From IMG/VR virus record IMGVR_UViG_2547132277_000006: 12,615 bases of DNA. One strand, 5' to 3'. The notes beneath the pieces are model-generated. The model saw nothing but the letters and a program-made list of their open reading frames with translations. It did no database searches and was not told the DNA's origin. Source of the stretch: a virus (lineage: Duplodnaviria > Heunggongvirae > Uroviricota > Caudoviricetes). Both the position numbers and the translations under genes were made by a program. This document shows positions 7,293 to 12,615 of this stretch, piece by piece (position 1 is the first letter of the stretch; each line of letters begins with the position of its first letter).

Positions 7293-7507
7293 TATTCACC
7301 TCTCGCAGCCTTGCGCTTATCTTCTTTAATCTTGAAATAAAGGTTTGTCAGGTACGTCAGCAGGCCAAATACCAGGCTACCCAGCACACCTATTGCTGCC
7401 CACTGTGAGGGCGTGACTTTATCGAGCAGCTGTAAAAACCAGTAACCGGCACTACCTGCTGAGGTGCCATAGGCGACACCCGTTGTTAACTTATCCATGG
7501 ATTTCAT
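7292..7507 (-). CDS. essD: Pinholin (phage-21 S-type class II holin) with dual-start motif
   Basis: 71 aa from MKSMDK (Met1/Met4 dual start) with SD GAGGTGG 5 nt upstream. Two TM segments and a charged C-terminal tail ([13 protein letters not shown]). The track ORF from 7552 is an N-terminal extension. Confidence 0.85.
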
Positions 7508-8095
7508 AACCCCACCTCGCAGACAAAGCGGGTGTAAATTGAGGGAATACAACGTATCGCAAAAAAGCAGAAACGTAACAGACTCGGAGTCAGTGAATAA
7601 CTCAGGTATTGAGTTATCAGCTAATATCGAGACTCAAAAAATGGAAAAACCAGCTCGACGGCGGGTTTAAGCTGTGTGACGAAGTAACCACTCTTAACAG
7701 CATAACCAATTTTTTACGTACGTAAACCACTGAATGATATTTATGAGAATGCTACCGAGTGTTCAAAACACCACCACAAATATATAAGAAAACCTCAACA
7801 AATAACCAATAAATAATTTCCGGCGTTATTTTTAGTTGATTTAAATTAAACCACCGAATTATAGAACCCCCATAAATAACAGCCATTAATATAAATTAGC
7901 TAATAGGTTTATTTTTGTTCAAATAAGAGCCATAAATAGGTTTCGATAGAAAAAGTTCAGATAAAAATAGAGATCTACTTCACAAATTAAATGAGAAACT
8001 AAAACTTACATCTTGAAATAATCACATTGATTAGATGAATATTTATCGCGCAGTGACATCATTTTTTAATAATAGTTCAAAAAAAAGGGCTCACG

Positions 8096-9178
8096 ATGAA
8101 AAAATTAACAGTGGCAATTTCTGCTGTAGCTGCATCAGTACTGATGACGATGTCTGCTCAGGCAGCTGAAATTTATAATAAAGACAGTAACAAGCTGGAT
8201 CTGTACGGGAAAGTTAATGCCAAGCACTACTTTTCCTCTAACGATGCAGATGATGGTGATACTACTTATGCCCGTCTTGGCTTCAAAGGTGAAACCCAAA
8301 TCAACGATCAACTGACTGGTTTCGGTCAGTGGGAATATGAATTCAAAGGCAACCGCGCTGAATCTCAAGGTTCCTCCAAAGACAAAACCCGTCTTGCATT
8401 TGCAGGCCTGAAATTCGGTGACTACGGCTCAATCGATTACGGCCGTAACTACGGTGTAGCATACGACATCGGTGCGTGGACTGACGTTCTGCCAGAATTC
8501 GGTGGCGATACCTGGACCCAAACAGATGTGTTCATGACTGGTCGCACCACTGGTGTTGCAACCTATCGTAACAACGACTTCTTTGGTCTGGTCGATGGCC
8601 TGAACTTTGCTGCTCAGTATCAGGGTAAAAATGACCGCACTGACGTAACTGAAGCCAATGGTGATGGTTTCGGTTTCTCCACTACTTATGAGTATGAAGG
8701 ATTCGGCGTGGGTGCAACCTATGCTAAATCAGATCGCACTGACGGTCAGGTCGCCTATGGTAAGAGCAAATTCAATGCCTCCGGCAAAAATGCGGAAGTA
8801 TGGGCTGCAGGCCTGAAATATGATGCGAACAATATCTATCTGGCTACCACATATTCTGAAACTCAGAATATGACCGTTTTTGGTAATAACCATATTGCAA
8901 ACAAAGCACAAAACTTTGAAGCAGTAGCACAATATCAGTTTGACTTCGGTCTGCGACCATCTGTTGCTTACCTTCAGTCAAAAGGTAAAGACCTTGGTGT
9001 TCATGGTGACCGAGACTTAGTCAAGTATGTCGATGTCGGTGCTACTTACTACTTTAATAAAAACATGTCCACTTTTGTTGATTACAAAATCAACTTAATT
9101 GACGATAGTAAGTTTACCAAAACAGCTGGTATTGATACCGACGACATCGTCGCTGTAGGTCTGGTGTATCAGTTCTAA
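8096..9178 (+). CDS. nmpC: General diffusion porin of the OmpC/OmpF/PhoE family (NmpC-like), apparently intact
   Basis: 360 aa. Signal peptide [30 protein letters not shown]; porin N-terminal motif (NKLDLYGKV...), C-terminal beta-barrel signature ...VGLVYQF. Position between the Q-like gene and the lysis genes as in DLP12. Confidence 0.9.
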   Translation: MKKLTVAISAVAASVLMTMSAQAAEIYNKDSNKLDLYGKVNAKHYFSSNDADDGDTTYARLGFKGETQINDQLTGFGQWEYEFKGNRAESQGSSKDKTRLAFAGLKFGDYGSIDYGRNYGVAYDIGAWTDVLPEFGGDTWTQTDVFMTGRTTGVATYRNNDFFGLVDGLNFAAQYQGKNDRTDVTEANGDGFGFSTTYEYEGFGVGATYAKSDRTDGQVAYGKSKFNASGKNAEVWAAGLKYDANNIYLATTYSETQNMTVFGNNHIANKAQNFEAVAQYQFDFGLRPSVAYLQSKGKDLGVHGDRDLVKYVDVGATYYFNKNMSTFVDYKINLIDDSKFTKTAGIDTDDIVAVGLVYQF

Positions 9179-9315
9179 TCTGATTACGAAAAAGATATGT
9201 TGCGGGAGGCTTTGCCTCCCCAACATATAAGTGGCTCCCTCAAGCCACTTCCTTTAGAAGCACAACCTTGCTTCTAACTATATAAACCTTCTGTTATATA
9301 TTACCCTTTATTTTT

Positions 9316-9345
9316 GGGGGCGTCTCAACGCCCCATTTTTAATAA
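9316..9345 (+). terminator. Rho-independent terminator (plus strand), probably ending the porin transcript
   Basis: GC stem ggggcg-tctcaa-cgcccc (9317-9334) followed by ATTTTTAATAATTTTT. Confidence 0.55.
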
Positions 9346-9367
9346 TTTTTAGTAAACAATTGGCATA

Positions 9368-9751
9368 TTAATTAGAGTTATTAACAACGATATCCATCTC
9401 TAACCGGATATCTAATGCCATTAACATCCCTTCAATTATGCCCTCAGCCTTCTGTAACCTTTTCCCGATATAACCATCAGAGCAGCAATGCTTACCTGCC
9501 AGTGACATGAATGTCATACCGACTACATAATAATCTACTAATAAATCGTGCAAATCGCTGTTGTTCTTTTTCAGACGGGCCATGCACCCGCAAATGATCA
9601 TCGCGTCATCGTCACAACATTGCGGGCGAGATTTTACTTTTGAAGTAATTAATCCCTTAAAACCGGCGGCAATGGACGACCAGGTCACATCTTCATGATT
9701 ATTAGCCGCCCACGCTCCCCAACGCTCAAGAACCATCTGAATATCACGCAT
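9368..9751 (-). CDS. quuD: Q-family late-gene antiterminator (phage 82 Q-like)
   Basis: 127 aa from ATG 9749-9751 ([14 protein letters not shown]...). Cys-rich zinc-binding region ([16 protein letters not shown]...CCSDGY). The track ORF from 9766 uses an upstream TTG. Confidence 0.85.
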   Translation of the reverse strand: MRDIQMVLERWGAWAANNHEDVTWSSIAAGFKGLITSKVKSRPQCCDDDAMIICGCMARLKKNNSDLHDLLVDYYVVGMTFMSLAGKHCCSDGYIGKRLQKAEGIIEGMLMALDIRLEMDIVVNNSN

Positions 9752-9836
9752 CAACTTACTCCACAAAAATCAGACCAGAACGCCAATTACAAGCAAAAAT
9801 CAATAAAACAGTATTAGTTGATTGTTATCTCTGACT

Positions 9837-9959
9837 TCATACTCCTGCTCCTGTCAGGGTTTTGGCGTAATTCCTCAGTATTCGGTAATCGGTCAAAACA
9901 GAACTGGGGAAACGATATAAGCGCAGGCGCATCCAGCGGTGGCGAAGAAGTTCTGCCAT
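9837..9959 (-). CDS. Small ORF (40 aa) between rusA and the Q-like gene, possibly YlcG-like
   Basis: My own translation of the minus strand gives MAELLRHRWMRLRLYRFPSSVLTDYRILRNYAKTLTGAGV. It is below the track's length cut-off and supported only by position and coding-like sequence. Confidence 0.3.
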   Translation of the reverse strand: MAELLRHRWMRLRLYRFPSSVLTDYRILRNYAKTLTGAGV

Positions 9960-9973
9960 ATTAAACTCAAACA

Positions 9974-10336
9974 TCATTCATTCCCCATTTCGGTGATGGT
10001 CAGTTCCAGCCTCCCACCTTTGGTAACAGGCATCTTCACAACGCGGTAATCAACGACCTGAGCATCATCCAGCCAGAAACCTGCTTTAGTGAGTGCGTCA
10101 AAAGCGGCTTTTTGCAGATTATCCAGGTCACGGCGACGGCGATCCGGCATGTGGCACTCAATGCGGATTTTCACAGGGATAGCCAGGCCGATATCCAGCA
10201 TTGCGTTTTTAATGATTCTGGCGACGTTATCGCGGTATGCCTGCCCCTCTGCGCTGACGTGCGTGCGCCCGCGATTATGGCGGTAATAGCGATTATTGCT
10301 CGGAGGCCAGGGTAATGTGATGCTGTAGGTATTCAC
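9974..10336 (-). CDS. rusA: RusA Holliday-junction resolvase
   Basis: 120 aa, [23 protein letters not shown]..., with conserved acidic residues ([16 protein letters not shown]) typical of the RusA endonuclease family. Confidence 0.95.
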   Translation of the reverse strand: MNTYSITLPWPPSNNRYYRHNRGRTHVSAEGQAYRDNVARIIKNAMLDIGLAIPVKIRIECHMPDRRRRDLDNLQKAAFDALTKAGFWLDDAQVVDYRVVKMPVTKGGRLELTITEMGNE

Positions 10337-10405
10337 GCCTTAATAATCCCCTCTTTCAGCCACATAACCTGTGTTTTCGCCATACCTTCCAACTGAGGTG
10401 TAAAA

Positions 10406-10684
10406 ATGTTCAGAATCATTTTGCCTAACACCTGGTACGTCGACCACCACGGCACTCCCTGCAAAATCCTGCGTTCTACCCACAACAAAGTTCACTACAT
10501 CCGAAAAGGCAGAACATGTATCGCCAGCATGTTCCGCTTTAATCATGACTTTGAACCTGTGAATAAAGCTGATGCAGATCGGATAGCAGAAGAGATCGAA
10601 ACGGCAGAACACATTAAGAAGTTACGTGACATGCGTTCAAAAAGCAGAGGTAACCATGGAATCATACAGCCTCACACTCGATGA
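10406..10684 (+). CDS. Hypothetical protein (92 aa) at the early-region deletion junction, upstream of xis
   Basis: ORF with a good SD (GAGGTG, 7-nt spacer) and a charged helical C-terminus (ADADRIAEEIETAEHIKKLRDMRSK). It overlaps a minus-strand ORF on the opposite strand; no family recognised. Confidence 0.35.
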   Translation: MFRIILPNTWYVDHHGTPCKILRSTHNKVHYIRKGRTCIASMFRFNHDFEPVNKADADRIAEEIETAEHIKKLRDMRSKSRGNHGIIQPHTR

Positions 10685-11027
10685 GGCCTGTCAGTTTCTT
10701 AAGATATCCAGACCAACCGCCACCAACTGGATACGAACAGGCCGCCTACAGGCAACACGTAAAGATCCAACCAAGCCAAAATCTCCTTACCTCACAACAC
10801 GGCAAGCCTGCATTGCGGCGCTTCAGTCTCCGCTGCATACTGTCCAGGTGAGCGCGGGTGATGGCATAACAGAGGAAAGAAAATGTCACTCTTCCGCAGA
10901 AATGAAATATGGTATGCCTCGTATTCGCTCCCGGGCGGGAAACGAATTAAGGAATCTCTTGGCACAAAGGACAAGCGGCAAGCTCAGGAGTTGCACGACA
11001 AGCGAAAAGCAGAACTCTGGCGAGTAG
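10656..11027 (+). CDS. xisD: Excisionase-like protein (Xis family winged-helix); the C-terminal extent is uncertain and may be degenerate
   Basis: From ATG 10656 (SD GAGGT): [37 protein letters not shown]..., resembling the lambda Xis DNA-binding pattern (LTLQEW...VRRWVRECRI). The frame stays open for 48 codons into int, longer than expected. Confidence 0.55.
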   Translation: MESYSLTLDEACQFLKISRPTATNWIRTGRLQATRKDPTKPKSPYLTTRQACIAALQSPLHTVQVSAGDGITEERKCHSSAEMKYGMPRIRSRAGNELRNLLAQRTSGKLRSCTTSEKQNSGE

Positions 11028-12046
11028 AAAAGCTAGGGGATTTACCTGATGTCACTTTTGAAGAGGCCTGCCTAAGATGGCTTGAGGAAAAAGCTGATAA
11101 AAAATCTCTCGATTCAGATAAAAGCCGGATTGAGTTCTGGCTTGAACATTTTGAGGGTATAAGGCTTAAAGATATCTCGGAGGCAAAGATTTACTCTGCT
11201 GTAAGCAGAATGCATAACAGAAAGACGAAAGAAATATGGAAACAGAAAGTTCAGGCCGCCATCAGGAAAGGTAAAGAACCGCCTGTTTATGAACCAAAGC
11301 CAGTATCAACTCAGACAAAGGCAAAGCATCTTGCCATGATAAAGGCCATTCTCCGTGCTGCAGAACGCGACTGGAAGTGGCTGGAAAAAGCGCCTGTCAT
11401 CAAGATACCAGCGGTCAGAAACAAGCGAGTCAGATGGCTGGAAAAGGAGGAAGCAAAACGCCTTATTGATGAGTGCCCCGAACCACTGAAATCTGTCGTC
11501 AAGTTTGCGCTGGCAACTGGTCTGAGAAAGTCGAACATCATAAATCTGGAATGGCAACAAATCGACATGCAGCGACGAGTTGCCTGGGTGAATCCAGAAG
11601 AGAGCAAATCAAACCGCGCCATTGGTGTGGCGCTGAACGATACCGCCTGTAAAGTGTTGCGTGATCAAATAGGCAAGCATCACAAATGGGTGTTTGTACA
11701 TACCAAGGCGGCTAAGCGAGCAGATGGAACATCAACGCCTGCGGTCAGGAAGATGCGCATCGACAGCAAGACATCATGGCTATCAGCTTGTCGTCGTGCA
11801 GGAATTGAAGATTTCCGTTTCCATGACCTCAGACACACCTGGGCAAGCTGGCTGATTCAGTCAGGCGTCCCATTATCAGTGCTTCAGGAAATGGGCGGAT
11901 GGGAGTCCATAGAAATGGTTCGTAGGTATGCTCACCTTGCGCCTAATCATTTGACAGAGCATGCGAGGAAAATAGACGACATTTTTGGTGATAATGTCCC
12001 AAATATGTCCCACTCTGGAATTATGGAGGATATAAAGAAGGCGTAA
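10883..12046 (+). CDS. intD: Phage integrase, tyrosine recombinase
   Basis: 387 aa. C-terminal catalytic motifs [10 protein letters not shown] (His-x-x-Arg) and VRRYAHL (nucleophilic Tyr). Ends 15 bp from the tRNA 3' end. Confidence 0.95.
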   Translation: MSLFRRNEIWYASYSLPGGKRIKESLGTKDKRQAQELHDKRKAELWRVEKLGDLPDVTFEEACLRWLEEKADKKSLDSDKSRIEFWLEHFEGIRLKDISEAKIYSAVSRMHNRKTKEIWKQKVQAAIRKGKEPPVYEPKPVSTQTKAKHLAMIKAILRAAERDWKWLEKAPVIKIPAVRNKRVRWLEKEEAKRLIDECPEPLKSVVKFALATGLRKSNIINLEWQQIDMQRRVAWVNPEESKSNRAIGVALNDTACKVLRDQIGKHHKWVFVHTKAAKRADGTSTPAVRKMRIDSKTSWLSACRRAGIEDFRFHDLRHTWASWLIQSGVPLSVLQEMGGWESIEMVRRYAHLAPNHLTEHARKIDDIFGDNVPNMSHSGIMEDIKKA

Positions 12047-12061
12047 CTGATTGAATTGTAA

Positions 12062-12138
12062 TGGCGCGCCCTGCAGGATTCGAACCTGCGGCCCACGACT
12101 TAGAAGGTCGTTGCTCTATCCAACTGAGCTAAGGGCGC
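12062..12138 (-). tRNA. argU: tRNA-Arg (anticodon UCU)
   Basis: The reverse complement folds as a canonical 77-nt cloverleaf GCGCCCTTAGCTCAGTTGGATAGAGCAACGACCTTCTAAGTCGTGGGCCGCAGGTTCGAATCCTGCAGGGCGCGCCA. Anticodon loop CUUCUAA gives UCU; encoded 3' CCA. Confidence 0.97.
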
Positions 12139-12170
12139 GTTGATACCGCAATGCGGTGTAATCGCGTGAA

Positions 12171-12197
12171 TTATACGGTCAACCCTTGCTGAGTCAA
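12171..12197 (-). promoter_or_regulatory. Candidate sigma-70 promoter for argU
   Basis: On the minus strand, TTGACT (12192-12197) and TATAAT (12171-12176) separated by a 15-nt spacer, about 35 nt upstream of the tRNA 5' end. The spacer is shorter than optimal. Confidence 0.4.
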
Positions 12198-12306
12198 TGG
12201 CTTTTGATCTGGTTGCTGAACAAGTGAACGACCGCGTCTGATTTTCTGATTTATTTCGCTATAGTGGCAAACAAACGCACACCGCTGCGCGTCTGAATCA
12301 AGAAAA

Positions 12307-12615
12307 GGTAGTGACTCCAACTTACTGATAGTGTTTTATGTTCAGATAATGCCCGATGACCTTGTCATGCAGCTCCACCGATTTTGAGAACGACAGTGAC
12401 TTCCGTCCCAGCCTTGCCAGATGTTGTCTCAGATTCAGATTATGTCGCTCAATGCGCTGAGTGTAACGCTTGCTGATAACGTGCAGCTTTCCCTTCAGGC
12501 GTGATTCATACAGCGGCCAGCCATCCGTCATCCATACCACGACCTCAAAGGCCGACAGCAGGCTCAGAAGACGCGCCAGTGTGGCCAGAGTGCGTTCACC
12601 GAAAACGTGCGCCAC
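12307..12615 (-). mobile_element. IS1 insertion sequence, right copy (variant isoform, inverted relative to the left copy; cut by window edge)
   Basis: Terminal inverted repeat GGTAGTGACTCCAACTTACTGATAGTGTTTTATGTTCAGATAATGCCCGATGAC starts at 12307 and differs at 2 positions from the left copy's end. The InsB C-terminal region lies on the minus strand. Confidence 0.9.
12322..12615 (-). CDS. insB: IS1 InsB, C-terminal part (partial at window edge)
   Basis: 97-aa partial ORF ...[93 protein letters not shown], about 90% identical to the left copy's InsB over the same region. Confidence 0.9.
   Translation of the reverse strand: MAHVFGERTLATLARLLSLLSAFEVVVWMTDGWPLYESRLKGKLHVISKRYTQRIERHNLNLRQHLARLGRKSLSFSKSVELHDKVIGHYLNIKHYQ

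Larger units (their letters stand above)
714..12138. mobile_element. Defective lambdoid prophage (DLP12-like) integrated at tRNA-Arg argU; head and tail morphogenesis genes and early/replication region deleted
   Basis: Gene order int-xis / rusA-Q / porin / holin-endolysin-Rz-Rz1 / bor / cos / Nu1 / truncated terminase A matches a circularly permuted lambdoid map. Integrase abuts the tRNA 3' end. Terminase A is cut after about 68 codons, and only about 540 bp separate xis from rusA. Confidence 0.85.

Noticed and set aside
7508-7552. 15-codon N-terminal extension of the holin ORF ([15 protein letters not shown]...)
   Set aside because: The MKSMDK dual-start motif with a strong SD at 7505-7507 is the characteristic pinholin start; the extension lacks an RBS.
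8135-8932. Two minus-strand ORFs (77 and 67 aa) inside the porin gene
   Set aside because: They are antisense to a full-length porin ORF with signal peptide and C-terminal barrel motif.
9752-9766. TTG-initiated 5-codon extension of the Q-like gene
   Set aside because: The in-frame ATG at 9749-9751 with an upstream GGAG is the more plausible start.
10089-10315. Plus-strand ORFs (65 and 67 aa) antisense to rusA
   Set aside because: Shadow ORFs of rusA; Arg/Ser-rich low-complexity translation.
10340-10612. Minus-strand 90-aa ORF directly upstream of rusA
   Set aside because: It has no Shine-Dalgarno and an odd Cys/Phe-rich N-terminus, and it is fully overlapped by a plus-strand ORF with a good RBS. 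It may be a remnant of a nin-region gene, but I cannot support it as a gene.
11306-11622. Minus-strand ORFs (84 and 103 aa) inside the integrase gene
   Set aside because: Antisense to the integrase, whose catalytic motifs are intact.
1-12615. Search for CRISPR-like arrays, tandem repeats, and a second copy of the tRNA 3' end (the other attachment site)
   Set aside because: By eye I found no regularly spaced direct repeats and no second copy of the argU 3' segment. The distal att site is either outside the window or was removed by the rearrangement and IS1 insertion at the left end.

Overview
This window is almost entirely a compacted, defective lambdoid prophage of the DLP12 type, integrated at the 3' end of tRNA-Arg(UCU) (argU, 12062-12138, minus strand). 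It is bracketed by two IS1 copies of different sequence variants in inverted orientation (1-713 and 12307-12615, both cut by the window edges). Reading leftwards from the tRNA: integrase and an excisionase-like gene (10656-12046, +); a short deletion junction; RusA resolvase and a Q-type antiterminator (9368-10336, -); an intact OmpC-family porin (8096-9178, +); a complete lysis cassette of pinholin, SAR endolysin and Rz/Rz1 spanins (6337-7507, -); bor lipoprotein (+); a small RHH-like ORF; a lambda-type cos site; a lambda Nu1-like small terminase subunit; and a large-terminase remnant cut after about 68 codons. That remnant is fused to a tightly coupled four-gene module (2125-4365, -), followed by a 675-bp AT-rich region and an appY-like AraC regulator whose stop codon is supplied by the IS1 terminus. 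I found no CRISPR array, rRNA or tandem repeat array. The least explained part, and the best candidate for something undescribed, is the four-gene module at the tail-fibre position; I cannot assign it a function from sequence alone. All identifications rest on reading the translated ORFs and on recalled family hallmarks and recalled lambda / E. coli K-12 sequences; no database search was run.
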